Part shown: positions 43,117 through 52,402 of the stretch, one piece after another
How positions within the stretch are numbered: position 1 is the stretch's first letter
Layout: each line of letters begins with the position of its first letter
Source of the DNA: an uncultured Rhodobacterales bacterium
Lineage (GTDB): Bacteria; Pseudomonadota; Alphaproteobacteria; Rhodobacterales; Rhodobacteraceae
Direction: 5' to 3'
DNA: 52,402 nt
Assembly: GCA_964384315.1 (NCBI GenBank)
Contig: CAYLLD010000001.1
Location: 5,224 to 57,625, forward strand
The notes under the pieces: generated by a model
The model's database searches: none
The model's input: only the letters and a program-made list of their open reading frames with translations
What the model was told of the DNA's origin: nothing
Position numbers and translations under genes: made by a program

Positions 43117-43929
43117 TTAGGCCTCAGCCGGGGCAGCCGTGCCGTCGGTTGCAGGCTCAGCCGCTGCGCCGGGATCTTCGGCCAGCGCCTCTTCAACTGG
43201 CGTCTCAGCCAATGCGCCCACGTCAACGCCTTGCGCGCCAAGTTGAGCGGCCATGCCGTCAAGCGCAGAACGCGCGATCAGATCGCAGTAAAGCGAAATT
43301 GCGCGGCTCGCATCGTCATTGCCCGGTACGGGGAAATCAACGCCATCGGGCGAAGAGTTCGTATCCAAAATGCCGATGACAGGAATACCCAGCTTGTTGG
43401 CCTCTTTGACCGCCAGATCCTCACGGTTCACGTCGATCACGAAGAGCAAATCAGGTGTGCCGCCCATTTCGCGGATGCCGCCGAGAGAGGCTTGCAGTTT
43501 GGCCTGCTCACGCTCCATGCCCAGACGCTCTTTCTTGGTCAGACCTTCGGCGCCGCCTTCAAGCTTTTCGTCGAAAGACCGCAAACGCTGGATCGAAGCC
43601 GAAACTGTTTTCCAGTTGGTGAGCGTGCCGCCCAGCCAACGGTGGTTCATGTAAAACTGAGCCGAACGCTCGGCCGCTTCAGCAACCGCACCAGCAGCTT
43701 GACGCTTTGTTCCAACGAACAAAATGCGACCGCCTTTAGCCACGGTTTCGCGCACAACCTGCAGCGCAGCATCGAGCAGCGGTACGGTTTGCGTCAGATC
43801 CATGATGTGGATTCCGTTACGCTGACCATAGATGAACTCGCCCATACGGGGGTTCCAGCGGTGAGTTTGGTGACCAAAGTGCACGCCAGCTTCGAGAAGT
43901 TGGCGCATAGAAAATTCAGGCATCGCCAT
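43117..43929 (-). CDS. rpsB: 30S ribosomal protein S2
   Basis: [34 protein letters not shown], plus an acidic Ala/Glu-rich C-terminal tail. Confidence 0.96.
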   Translation of the reverse strand: MAMPEFSMRQLLEAGVHFGHQTHRWNPRMGEFIYGQRNGIHIMDLTQTVPLLDAALQVVRETVAKGGRILFVGTKRQAAGAVAEAAERSAQFYMNHRWLGGTLTNWKTVSASIQRLRSFDEKLEGGAEGLTKKERLGMEREQAKLQASLGGIREMGGTPDLLFVIDVNREDLAVKEANKLGIPVIGILDTNSSPDGVDFPVPGNDDASRAISLYCDLIARSALDGMAAQLGAQGVDVGALAETPVEEALAEDPGAAAEPATDGTAAPAEA

Positions 43930-44373
43930 AGTGCGGTGTTCCTTTCCGGTTTAAACCTCGGTCAGAGCGAATAGGGCATCTGCCCAACCGGCGGACCAAC
44001 AAGGATGTCTCCCTTGGTGGCCCAAACCCTGACCTGTGAAATGAGTGCGCCGCATAGATGATTCACGGCACAAGTGCAAGGCCGGGTTCATTGCTGTTTC
44101 ATTGCTGGGTCATTGGAGAGTTGGCGCACGAATCGCGTCTGGCTTGATTCGCGCCTGAAGGGACTTGAGATCAACGAAAGTCCCAAATTCACGCTTTTTG
44201 CCTATTTATTTTATACCATCTTTGAAAATTTACGTTGGGTAAGCAGTTTTTCCGTAAAATTGACGCTGAACTCACGCTCAGATGACGTGCCGTAGGGTAA
44301 TGTCTTCTTGTAGCGCCACATTAGCTGCACGGGATTTCAGAATTTATTTCATCAAATTATTAAACTACGAAGA

Positions 44374-44414
44374 CTTGCCGGGCATACCATCAATACTCTG
44401 TTGGGCCCGGCAAG
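44374..44414 (-). terminator. Stem-loop (10-bp perfect stem CTTGCCGGGC/GCCCGGCAAG, ~21-nt loop) about 28 nt downstream of the lipoprotein gene; probable terminator of the rppH-proximal operon
   Basis: Read from the sequence. On the minus strand it is followed by TCTTCGTAGTTTAATAATTT, which is only moderately T-rich. Confidence 0.45.
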
Positions 44415-44441
44415 ACATTTAAGCGGCAGCAGCTTGCTCTT

Positions 44442-45245
44442 TTAGCACCCTGATCCTGTCGCTGGCATCTCCCCGACAAATCCCGACTGCGCAAAAAGCG
44501 CTTCGAAAAAGGCAAGCCGGTTAGGAACCGTTTCACGTAGCCGCGCTTCGATATTGTTACCAATGCGCCCCGGCTCGATTTTCATCGCCCAAGCAAACAA
44601 GGCGGTCTCGGCCAAATCCTCGCGCTTTGGCCTACTCTGGGCATAGTCTGTGACAAAAGCGGCATCTGCCCGCTGCGCTGCCCGCCAAGGCGTGCCACTT
44701 GCATGGGGAATATCCAAAGTCGCATGGACAGTTTCGTGAAACACAGTCTCTTGCAAATCATTCGTACTGATCCGCTTCAGAACGTTTTGATGGTAGACAA
44801 CGAAAAACCGCCCCGCGTCTTCGCCTTGCGCGGTCTCGTCACCGTCATTGAGAACCACGTGATCTAATCGGCCCAACATAAACGAGGGCAATTCGCCCAA
44901 GGCCTTTGCCAGATCAGTCACAATCGGTTCGATCTGATCTCGGCTGCCAATTTTAGGATGCGCCCAGATCGGCACCGTCGCCCCGCCTTTAAAGCGCGCA
45001 TCATATACATGGACGCCCTTAGCAAAGAGGTTGTTCCGGTTTTTATGAGGCATTTCTTGCCGCGACGTGCCTTGGTACCGCAAACAGGCAAAGGCGCCCC
45101 GGTCGCCGGGCTTGATGAAATCTATGTCGTTTGAGACCACCGAATTTGGGAAAAGCGGCTGGGCGCGGCTGGCCTGCGGCTGGCAGGCAATCAGCGCAAA
45201 AAGCAGCGCGCTTAGACTATTCAAACGCAGAAATTTCCTCTTCAT
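44442..45245 (-). CDS. Predicted lipoprotein with an HExxH zinc-metallopeptidase-like motif
   Basis: Signal plus lipobox MKRKFLRLNSLSALLFALIAC. HETVH within ETVFHETVHATLD. No family recognised. Confidence 0.6.
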   Translation of the reverse strand: MKRKFLRLNSLSALLFALIACQPQASRAQPLFPNSVVSNDIDFIKPGDRGAFACLRYQGTSRQEMPHKNRNNLFAKGVHVYDARFKGGATVPIWAHPKIGSRDQIEPIVTDLAKALGELPSFMLGRLDHVVLNDGDETAQGEDAGRFFVVYHQNVLKRISTNDLQETVFHETVHATLDIPHASGTPWRAAQRADAAFVTDYAQSRPKREDLAETALFAWAMKIEPGRIGNNIEARLRETVPNRLAFFEALFAQSGFVGEMPATGSGC

Positions 45246-45687
45246 CGCAATGGCCTTTTTTCAAACAGGCCCGCAAGGCACTCACTTGGCCTAGGGACGG
45301 CTTCGTTAAAATATCGCCGCCACAAGGGCGGGCATTCAGGACCAAAGTCTCGTCCTTATGCTCTAAAAACACGATGACCGGCGTGGCCTCGGCGGGGATT
45401 TTCCCACACCATGATGCGGCGCAACTGGCCTCTAGCCGGACAGGTTCGGATCGATCCCCACGGCGAAAATTGATCTGGCCAGTGAATTCGTAAGACAGGC
45501 TGAACGGTTGACCTCGCGGCGTTTCGGGCATCGGTCCGCTTTGCCGCAACGCGCCGTAGCCGATCCAGTAAGGTTCGGGGGCCTCGGCGATGCGGTTAAA
45601 TTCTTTTGCGAAATTGGACGGCATGCAGGACAGGCCCAGCGCCGATGTGGGCAAAAGGCAAATCAGGGCTATCAGCGCTCTAAGCAT
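45217..45687 (-). CDS. Predicted secreted Cys-rich hypothetical protein (156 aa)
   Basis: Start chosen at the ATG at 45687 (MLRALIALICLLPTSALG, a signal peptide). It has 7 Cys after the signal. Its 3' end overlaps the next gene by 29 nt. Confidence 0.5.
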   Translation of the reverse strand: MLRALIALICLLPTSALGLSCMPSNFAKEFNRIAEAPEPYWIGYGALRQSGPMPETPRGQPFSLSYEFTGQINFRRGDRSEPVRLEASCAASWCGKIPAEATPVIVFLEHKDETLVLNARPCGGDILTKPSLGQVSALRACLKKGHCDEEEISAFE

Positions 45688-46201
45688 GCGCCTCAACCTC
45701 TGCCGCAAATTTGTCCCAAACCGCCTCGTAGACATGGGCCTTAAAGGGCACCACCGCTTGGATCAGCTCGGCGTAGGGCATCCATTTCCAACACGCGAAC
45801 TCCGGCTCATCAGTGGCGATATTGATCGGGGCGTCATCCCCATCAAGGCGCATCAAAAACCAGATCTGCTCTTGACCCCGATAACGGCCTTTCCAGAGTT
45901 TACGGACCAAATCGCGGGGCAATTCGTAACGCACGGGCTCATCGGTCTTGGCCAAAAGCGTCACCGCGCTTGGGGGCACCGAGGTCTCTTCTTGCAGCTC
46001 ACGAAATGCAGCCGCCTCGATATCCTCGCCCTCATCAACACCGCCTTGAGGCATTTGCCACGCATCCGGGCGGTCAGGGCTGTCGATGCGCTGCCCGGCC
46101 CAGATCAGACCCTTGCGATTGATCAGCATCACCCCAACGCAGGGGCGATAGGGCAGGGCGTCGATGTCAGCGTCGCTCAATTTGGTGATTTTGTCGCTCA
46201 T
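45680..46201 (-). CDS. rppH: RNA pyrophosphohydrolase (Nudix)
   Basis: YRPCVGVMLIN, Nudix box GGVDEGEDIEAAAFRELQEETS, QEQIWFLMR. ATG at 46201. Confidence 0.9.
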   Translation of the reverse strand: MSDKITKLSDADIDALPYRPCVGVMLINRKGLIWAGQRIDSPDRPDAWQMPQGGVDEGEDIEAAAFRELQEETSVPPSAVTLLAKTDEPVRYELPRDLVRKLWKGRYRGQEQIWFLMRLDGDDAPINIATDEPEFACWKWMPYAELIQAVVPFKAHVYEAVWDKFAAEVEAHA

Positions 46202-46270
46202 TTTTTTCCTCACGATGGCCGGCACATGCCGCCCATCGTTCATTTAACCCAAACGGGTTTAGCTCAAGCC

Positions 46271-47605
46271 TTATTGGGCCTGGGTAACCACCGACAGACC
46301 CTTGATCAGATCAAGCGCATAGGCCAGCTGATTGTCCTGCGCCCGGCGCTTGGCATCTTCTTCTTGAGCCGCACGTTCGTCTTCGAGCAGCTTTTGCTCG
46401 TCCTCGGACAGGCTGTCATTATCAAGCGAACCGCGCAGATCCGCCTCAGAGCGACCCGAGGGCGCATCTTCTTCTTCGCCCTCAACCTCTGGCTCTGGGG
46501 GGATGAACTCGACCAGAATATCAGGGGCAACGCCCAAGGCTTGGATCGAACGACCCGACGGCGTGTAGTAGCGCGCCGTTGTAAGACGAATGGCACCTGA
46601 TTCTTGGAGAGGCATAATCGTCTGGACCGAACCTTTACCAAAGCTCTTGGTGCCCACGATGATCCCGCGACGGTGATCTTGTAGCGCACCTGCCACAATC
46701 TCAGAGGCCGAGGCCGAACCGCCATTGATCAGCACGACCACCGGCTTGCCCTGCGCCAGATCACCCGCGGTGGCGTTATAGCGATCACTATCTGCATTAT
46801 CGCGCCCGCGCGTCGAGACAATCTCGCCCTTTTCCAAAAACGCATCCGAGACTTTGACCGCTTGGTTCAACAGACCGCCCGGATTGTTGCGTAAATCGAG
46901 CACAAAACCGTCGACATTATCAATGCCGCCAAGCTCTTCGATCATCCTATTCGTGCTCTCTTCGAGATTTGGATAGGTCTGCTCGGTGAACGACGCGATC
47001 CGCAGCACAGGCACATTGCCCTCAAGCCGCGCGCGCACGATACGCATTTTAATCGTGTCACGAATAAGCACGACATCAAATGGCTCGGTCTCATCTTCGC
47101 GGACAATGGTGATCGTAATCTCCGAACCCACGGGGCCACGCAGCTTTTCAACGCTTTCGTTCAGGGTCAGACCCAGAAGCGATTCGCCGTCAAGATGGGT
47201 GATGAAATCGCCCGATTGGATACCTGCGGCCGCAGCTGGCGTGTCATCCATCGGGGTGACGACTTTGACGAAGCCATCCTCTTGGGTGACCTCGATGCCA
47301 AGCCCGCCAAATTCACCGCGAGTTTGGGTGCGCATGTCCTGAAAATCATCCGGGGGCAAAAAGGACGAATGCGGGTCAAGCGAGGTCAGCATGCCGTTGA
47401 TGGCCGCCTCGATCAAATCCTCTTCGTCGACCTCTTCAACATAGGCCGAGCGGATCCTTTCGAAAATATCACCAAACAAATCTAGGTTTTCGTAAGTGGT
47501 ACGGACCTTAGCCGTTTCCTGTGCGACGAGCGGCGCGGCAAACTGAGTTGTTACCAGGACGCCTGCTGCGATACCGCCCACCGCTGCCAGTAGATATTTT
47601 TTCAT
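46271..47605 (-). CDS. ctpA: Carboxy-terminal processing protease (S41 family)
   Basis: Signal peptide, PDZ domain (GLGIEV...GDFITHLDG), and catalytic region GGSASASEIVAGALQD...GTKSFGKGSVQ. Confidence 0.92.
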   Translation of the reverse strand: MKKYLLAAVGGIAAGVLVTTQFAAPLVAQETAKVRTTYENLDLFGDIFERIRSAYVEEVDEEDLIEAAINGMLTSLDPHSSFLPPDDFQDMRTQTRGEFGGLGIEVTQEDGFVKVVTPMDDTPAAAAGIQSGDFITHLDGESLLGLTLNESVEKLRGPVGSEITITIVREDETEPFDVVLIRDTIKMRIVRARLEGNVPVLRIASFTEQTYPNLEESTNRMIEELGGIDNVDGFVLDLRNNPGGLLNQAVKVSDAFLEKGEIVSTRGRDNADSDRYNATAGDLAQGKPVVVLINGGSASASEIVAGALQDHRRGIIVGTKSFGKGSVQTIMPLQESGAIRLTTARYYTPSGRSIQALGVAPDILVEFIPPEPEVEGEEEDAPSGRSEADLRGSLDNDSLSEDEQKLLEDERAAQEEDAKRRAQDNQLAYALDLIKGLSVVTQAQ

Positions 47606-47608
47606 GGA

Positions 47609-48754
47609 CTACCTTTCAGTCACGTTTGGAGCCTCAAACCAGGCCCGCGGATTCGTCGCGATTCCATCTTTGCGTGTCTCTATATAGAGCGATTCCTCTA
47701 AGAATGCGCCATCGGGTGCGTCGAGACTAATCAAAAATACTTCATTTGTGGGTTCAGCGCCGCCCAAAAGCCCCAAGGCGTCACCCTTTTGCACTTGTTC
47801 GCCGGTGCGCACATAGGCGCGGCCCAACCCGGAAAAGATCATTAGATAGGACGGTTGTGGCTCAAGAATGACCACCTGACCCAATCCCATAAAGGTGCCT
47901 TGGTACTTGACCCAAGCGGCGCTGGGTGCGCGCACGATGGATAATGCAGGGGCCGCAATGATGATGCCGGGGCGCGCCACTCCAGCGGCATCGCGCTCAC
48001 CAAACTTGCGCAAAAGCCGCCCCGCAACGGGCCATGGCAGGGTGCCAAGCTGCGGCTCAACAAAAAGCTGTTCTTTGGGGGCAGTCTGGCCGCGCCGATC
48101 CAAAAAGGCCCGTGCAAAGTCTTCAAGATTGCGAGAGGCCGCGACAATAGACGCGATTTTGGCGTTTTCTTGCAAAACGGCGGCGGGCAGTTCGCTAGAT
48201 GTTTCAAGCGCAGCATGAACATTTGCCCGCGCAGAAGCGACGACCTGACGGGCGCCTTTCAACTCTTCGAGAGTGGTTTCTTGTAGCGCCGTTAGGGTGG
48301 CCACCTGTTCAAAATCAAGCTGCAAAGCGGCGGTTTCTGACTTTGCCTTATCAATCATCTGCGCCACAATCGTATTCGCCCGTGCGGCCCCAACAACGCC
48401 GCCAGGATGCAGAATATTCAGCTCTTTTGGTGTGCGTCCCATCAGTTGCAGCGTGCCCAAAAGCTGCGCCACCAATTGGCGACGGGTCTCATAGCGCTCT
48501 TCGGAAAGCCGGGTCTCGACCTGCAATTCGCGCAGCCCAGCGCGCATGGCCAGCATCGCCACTTCATAGCCTTGGATGGCCGCTGCATAGGCACGCAACC
48601 GATCGCGTTTGCCATTTGCACTTTCCAGCTTTCCTTGGGCATCTTCGAGCAATCGCAACGCTTCTTTGCTGGCGCTCACCACATCGGCCCGGACAACCGC
48701 TGCCGAACAAAACGCCGCAACCGCGACCGCTAGGATGAGCCGGAAAATCTTCAT
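47609..48754 (-). CDS. EnvC-like murein hydrolase activator: coiled-coil plus a degenerate (non-catalytic) LytM/M23 domain
   Basis: Signal peptide, long Ala/Leu/Gln/Glu coiled coil, and a C-terminal LytM fold. The HxxxD and HxH metal ligands are replaced (RPGIIIAAP, LMIFSGLG, SLYIET). Confidence 0.8.
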   Translation of the reverse strand: MKIFRLILAVAVAAFCSAAVVRADVVSASKEALRLLEDAQGKLESANGKRDRLRAYAAAIQGYEVAMLAMRAGLRELQVETRLSEERYETRRQLVAQLLGTLQLMGRTPKELNILHPGGVVGAARANTIVAQMIDKAKSETAALQLDFEQVATLTALQETTLEELKGARQVVASARANVHAALETSSELPAAVLQENAKIASIVAASRNLEDFARAFLDRRGQTAPKEQLFVEPQLGTLPWPVAGRLLRKFGERDAAGVARPGIIIAAPALSIVRAPSAAWVKYQGTFMGLGQVVILEPQPSYLMIFSGLGRAYVRTGEQVQKGDALGLLGGAEPTNEVFLISLDAPDGAFLEESLYIETRKDGIATNPRAWFEAPNVTER

Positions 48755-50262
48755 CGTAACAGCAGGGTCTCGCCTGTCATTTCGGGGGGCGGCTTCAGAC
48801 CCATCAAATCCAGCAGCGTCGGCGCAAGATCACCCAAACGCCCGCCCTGACGAACTTTGGCGCCACTAGGGCCACCAATGATCGCAACAGGCACAGGATT
48901 GATCGTGTGGGCGGTATGCGGACCGCCGGTCTGAGGATCAACCATCACCTCGCAATTGCCGTGATCGGCGGTGACGATCATCGCGCCGCCTTGGGATTTT
49001 AGCGTGGCATAGGCCCGGCCAAGGCCTGCATCCACCGCCTCACAAGCGGCAATCGCCGCATCAAGATCACCCGTATGACCCACCATATCGGGGTTGGCAT
49101 AATTCATCAAAATCAGATCGTAGGCCCCGCCTTCAATGGCGTTGACCAACTGGTCCGAGACCTCCTCGGCGGACATGGCAGGGGCCAGATCATAGGTTTT
49201 TACCTTGGGACTGGGGGCCACAAACCGCGCCTCGCCCTCATTTGGCGTCTCGACCCCGCCGTTCATAAAGAAGGTGACGTGGGGGTATTTCTCGGTCTCC
49301 GCCAGCCGAAACTGCGTCTTGCCCTGTGCGGCAACCCAAATACCAAGGGTGTTCTTGATCTCCTCTGAGGGGAACATCGCAGGCATAAAATCATTCAGCG
49401 CGTCCGAATATTCGACCATGCCACAAACGGCTGCAAACTTTGGCCGTTTGTCATTGGCAAAGCCATCAAAACCCGGATCAAGCAGCGCCCCCAGAATTTC
49501 ACGGGCGCGGTCGGCGCGGAAATTGGCAAAGATCAGACCGTCACCGTCATTCATGCCAGCATAGCCACCAATTGCCGCTGGCGAGACAAACTCATCCGTC
49601 TCATCCGCGCTATAAGCCGCCTCAACCGCCGCCTGCGCGCTGTCACAGACTTGGCCCTTGGCCGAAACCATCAAAGAATACGCCGTCTCAACCCGGTCCC
49701 AACGCTTGTCCCGATCCATCGCAAAGAAGCGGCCACAAACCGTGCCGATAGACGCACTCGCAGGCAAACCTGCCTCTAGTGTCGCAAGATGCGTCTGCGC
49801 TGTGGTTGGGCCAACATCGCGGCCATCAAGATAGGCGTGAATAACTGCTTTTACACCAGCCGCGTCTGCCGCTTGCGCCAGTGCGATGATGTGATCCGTA
49901 TGGGCATGAACGCCGCCATCTGAAACGAGGCCAGCAATATGAACCACACCGCTCACTTTGCCCAAGGTCTGGGTCAGAACCGTGTTCGCCCCAAAAGACC
50001 CATCAGCAATGGCGTTGTTGATCTTGGGCAGGTCCATCCAGACCACGCGTCCAGCGCCGATGTTCATATGCCCAACTTCGGAATTGCCCATCTGCCCTTC
50101 AGGCAGGCCAACATCCGGCCCATGGGCAACAAGCTGCCCCGAGGGATGCCCAGCCATAATGGCGTCAAAATGAGGGGTCTTCGCAAGCCGCGGTGCATTG
50201 GCGGCTGGATCATCGCGCAGGCCCCAACCATCAAGGATACATAACACAACTGGCTTGGACAT
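48751..50262 (-). CDS. gpmI: 2,3-bisphosphoglycerate-independent phosphoglycerate mutase
   Basis: PVVLCILDGWG, GNSEVGHMNIGAGR, VTADHGNCE. Confidence 0.95.
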   Translation of the reverse strand: MSKPVVLCILDGWGLRDDPAANAPRLAKTPHFDAIMAGHPSGQLVAHGPDVGLPEGQMGNSEVGHMNIGAGRVVWMDLPKINNAIADGSFGANTVLTQTLGKVSGVVHIAGLVSDGGVHAHTDHIIALAQAADAAGVKAVIHAYLDGRDVGPTTAQTHLATLEAGLPASASIGTVCGRFFAMDRDKRWDRVETAYSLMVSAKGQVCDSAQAAVEAAYSADETDEFVSPAAIGGYAGMNDGDGLIFANFRADRAREILGALLDPGFDGFANDKRPKFAAVCGMVEYSDALNDFMPAMFPSEEIKNTLGIWVAAQGKTQFRLAETEKYPHVTFFMNGGVETPNEGEARFVAPSPKVKTYDLAPAMSAEEVSDQLVNAIEGGAYDLILMNYANPDMVGHTGDLDAAIAACEAVDAGLGRAYATLKSQGGAMIVTADHGNCEVMVDPQTGGPHTAHTINPVPVAIIGGPSGAKVRQGGRLGDLAPTLLDLMGLKPPPEMTGETLLLR

Positions 50263-50359
50263 AACTGCTCGCGTTTTCTTTGTTTGCGCTGAACCTAAAG
50301 CGCTCGGCCCGAAGAGTGAACCCGCTTTACGTCAAATTTGCGTAAACAAAGATGCGAAT

Positions 50360-50387
50360 GCGCGCGCCGCCAAGCTGGGGCGCGCGC
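50360..50387 (-). terminator. GC-rich hairpin (GCGCGCGCC/GGCGCGCGC, 9-bp stem) just downstream of infB; probable terminator
   Basis: Starts about 5 nt after the infB stop. On the minus strand it is followed by ATTCGCATCTTTGTTT, an interrupted T tract. Confidence 0.5.
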
Positions 50388-50392
50388 GAAGA

Positions 50393-52402
50393 TTAGTCGA
50401 GCTTGCGCTCAATCTCGGTGGTTTCGAAAATCTCGATGACATCGTTTTCGCGAATATCTTCGTAGTTTTCAAAGGCCATACCGCATTCTTGACCGGCAGA
50501 GACCTCTTTGACCTCGTCCTTAAAGCGCTTGAGCGTCTTCAGCTTGCCTTCGTGGATCACAACGTCGTCGCGCAACAGGCGCACGCCCGCTTCACGCCGC
50601 GCCACACCCTCGGAGACCTCACAACCGGCAATTTTACCAACACCGGTAATCTTGAAGACCTCTTTGATCTTGGCATAACCAATAAATGTCTCGCGCACCT
50701 CGGGGCTCAAGAGCCCAGCCGCAGCCGCTTTAATATCGTCCACCAGATCGTAGATGATCGAGTAATACCGCAGCTCGACGCTCTTTTGGTTCGCCGATTG
50801 GCGCGCCGAAGAGTTCGCACGGACGTTGAAGCCGATGATCGGCGCGTTCGAGGCCTCGGCCAAGGTCACGTCACTCTCGGTGATCGCGCCCACACCAACG
50901 TGTAGCACCTGCACCTGCACCTCGTCGTTGCCGACCTTCTCCATCGCTTGCACGATGGCCTCGGCAGAGCCCTGCACGTCGGCTTTGACCAGAACCGGCA
51001 ATTTCGACACGTCCTCAGCCGCTTTGGCATTGGCCAAGAGCTGATCCAGCGTGACGCCAGCGCCAGACGCGGCCTTTTTGTCTTTGGCCAGCTGCGCACG
51101 GTAATCGGCGATTTCGCGGGCTTTCGCCTCATTGGGCACCACATGCAGAACGTCGCCTGCCTCTGGTGTACCGTTGAGACCAAGCACCTCGACCGGCACC
51201 GATGGACCAGCGGTTTTGACACGGTCGCCGTGATCGTTCACGAGCGCACGGACCTTGCCCCACTGCTCGCCGACCACAAAGATATCGCCAGTATTCAGCG
51301 TGCCTTTTTGCACCAGAACCGTGGCCACAGGGCCGCGTCCGGTATCAAGCTGCGCCTCAATCACCGCGCCTTCGGCAGGGCGATCAGGGTTGGCCTTAAT
51401 TTCCAAAAGCTCGGATTGCAGAACAATCGCCTCTAGAAGCTTATCAAGATTGGTGCCTTGAACCGCCGAAACCTCAACGTCGAGCACATCGCCAGACATG
51501 GCCTCAACAATCACCTCATGCTGCAACAATTCCGTGCGCACTTTGGTCGGATCAGCACCAGGACGATCAATCTTGTTGATCGCCACGATGATTGGCACTT
51601 CGGCCGCTTTGGCATGGGCAATCGCTTCGATGGTTTGCGGCATGACACTGTCATCCGCCGCGACCACGAGCACGACGATATCCGTCACCTGTGCCCCGCG
51701 CGCGCGCATCGAGGTAAAGGCCGCGTGGCCCGGTGTATCGAGGAAGGTCAGAACCGTGCCGTCTTTGACGACCTGATAGGCACCGATGTGCTGGGTGATC
51801 CCGCCAGCCTCGCCAGAGACCACATTGGCCTCGCGGATGGCATCCAACAGCGAGGTTTTGCCGTGATCGACGTGGCCCATGATGGTGATGACCGGCGCGC
51901 GGGGGCTGAGCTGATCCTCATCGTCGACTTTCGAGACAATGACATCCTCAACATCCGCGTCGGACACGCGCACGGTCTTATGGCCAAAGTCCTCAACGAT
52001 CAGTTCCGCGGTATCCGCGTCGATCGACTGGTTCTGCGTCGCCATGATGCCGTTGTTCATCAGGGATTTGACCACATCCGCGACCCGTTCGGCCATACGG
52101 TTTGCCAATTCCTGAACCACGATGGTCTCGGGGATCTGAACGTCGCGAACAACCTTTTCGCGCTCGACCGAGCCTTGGGCCATTTTGCGCTTTTCGCGCT
52201 CTTGGCGGCGGCGCATGGCGGCCATTGAGGGGCTGCGTCCGCCCTCGTCGCCCGAAAGCGCCCGAGAAATCGTCAGCTTGCCACGGCGGCGATCATCGTC
52301 GCCTCTACCGCGGGTGGTCTTTTTGTTATCGGGCTGGCGTGCATCGCGCGCGGGCTCTTGCTTGCGCGCAGCACCGCCACGGCGGTCGCCTTCGCGGGCC
52401 TC
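50393..52402 (-). CDS. infB: Translation initiation factor IF-2, 5'-truncated by the window edge
   Basis: GTPase motifs [21 protein letters not shown]. The reading frame stays open to nt 52402 (…[26 protein letters not shown]…), so the N-terminus lies outside the window. Confidence 0.95.
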   Translation of the reverse strand, partial: EAREGDRRGGAARKQEPARDARQPDNKKTTRGRGDDDRRRGKLTISRALSGDEGGRSPSMAAMRRRQEREKRKMAQGSVEREKVVRDVQIPETIVVQELANRMAERVADVVKSLMNNGIMATQNQSIDADTAELIVEDFGHKTVRVSDADVEDVIVSKVDDEDQLSPRAPVITIMGHVDHGKTSLLDAIREANVVSGEAGGITQHIGAYQVVKDGTVLTFLDTPGHAAFTSMRARGAQVTDIVVLVVAADDSVMPQTIEAIAHAKAAEVPIIVAINKIDRPGADPTKVRTELLQHEVIVEAMSGDVLDVEVSAVQGTNLDKLLEAIVLQSELLEIKANPDRPAEGAVIEAQLDTGRGPVATVLVQKGTLNTGDIFVVGEQWGKVRALVNDHGDRVKTAGPSVPVEVLGLNGTPEAGDVLHVVPNEAKAREIADYRAQLAKDKKAASGAGVTLDQLLANAKAAEDVSKLPVLVKADVQGSAEAIVQAMEKVGNDEVQVQVLHVGVGAITESDVTLAEASNAPIIGFNVRANSSARQSANQKSVELRYYSIIYDLVDDIKAAAAGLLSPEVRETFIGYAKIKEVFKITGVGKIAGCEVSEGVARREAGVRLLRDDVVIHEGKLKTLKRFKDEVKEVSAGQECGMAFENYEDIRENDVIEIFETTEIERKLD

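Noticed and set aside
42253-43974. 573-aa plus-strand ORF spanning the tsf and rpsB region
   Set aside because: It is antisense to textbook EF-Ts and S2 coding sequences. Its translation is Arg/His/Ala-rich low complexity, typical of shadow ORFs in GC-rich DNA.
43930-44075. Imperfect stem-loop (CCACCAAGGGA...TCCTTGTTGG) in the rpsB 5' leader, considered as an S2 autoregulatory element
   Set aside because: The S2-binding leader is established in gammaproteobacteria. I cannot show covariation or homology here from a single sequence.
45590-46600. 336-aa plus-strand ORF across rppH and ctpA
   Set aside because: It is antisense to two genes with unambiguous motifs (the Nudix box and the S41 catalytic region).
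50198-52228. Plus-strand ORFs of 235 aa and 256 aa over infB
   Set aside because: They are antisense to IF-2, whose GTPase motifs are unmistakable on the minus strand.

Overview
The gene content and order point to an alphaproteobacterial chromosome, probably Rhodobacterales-like. This is inferred from LpxI replacing LpxH and from the conserved block rpsB-tsf-pyrH-frr-uppS-cdsA-dxr-rseP-bamA-ompH-fabZ-lpxA-lpxI-lpxB. The window has two parts. (1) About 1-25.9 kb is an accessory cell-surface and exopolysaccharide locus. It encodes an exosortase-EpsI fusion. It also encodes three giant proteins built from 12 SdrD-B-like (Cna-B-type) calcium-binding repeats joined by Pro/Thr-rich linkers. One giant protein carries a beta-helix, PKD, LamG and DUF4114-like domains; the other two carry an SGNH-type esterase domain at opposite ends. 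A fourth large protein combines a cadherin-like module with a beta-helix. The rest is a Wzx/Wzy-type glycan cassette: GT2, a P4H-like 2OG-Fe(II) oxygenase, a formyltransferase, a NodB deacetylase, a possible GT-B protein, an O-antigen-ligase-like membrane protein, rmlC, rmlB and a Wzx flippase. (2) About 26-52.4 kb is conserved core, almost all on the minus strand. It contains an orphan form-II CoxL-like molybdoenzyme subunit coupled to a YbaK-like deacylase, the lipid A/envelope/isoprenoid/translation block listed above, then rppH, ctpA, an EnvC-like degenerate LytM protein, gpmI and 5'-truncated infB. A LuxR-family solo gene sits in an AT-rich gap between pyrH and tsf. I saw no tRNA, rRNA, CRISPR, transposase or integrase. 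The most unusual signal is the first locus. The exosortase has no canonical PEP-CTERM cargo in sight. All four large extracellular-type proteins lack N-terminal signal peptides. A prolyl-hydroxylase-like oxygenase and an O-antigen-ligase/PglL-like protein lie next to proteins with extensin-like PT linkers. All functional calls rest on motif and domain recognition by eye; no database search was run.
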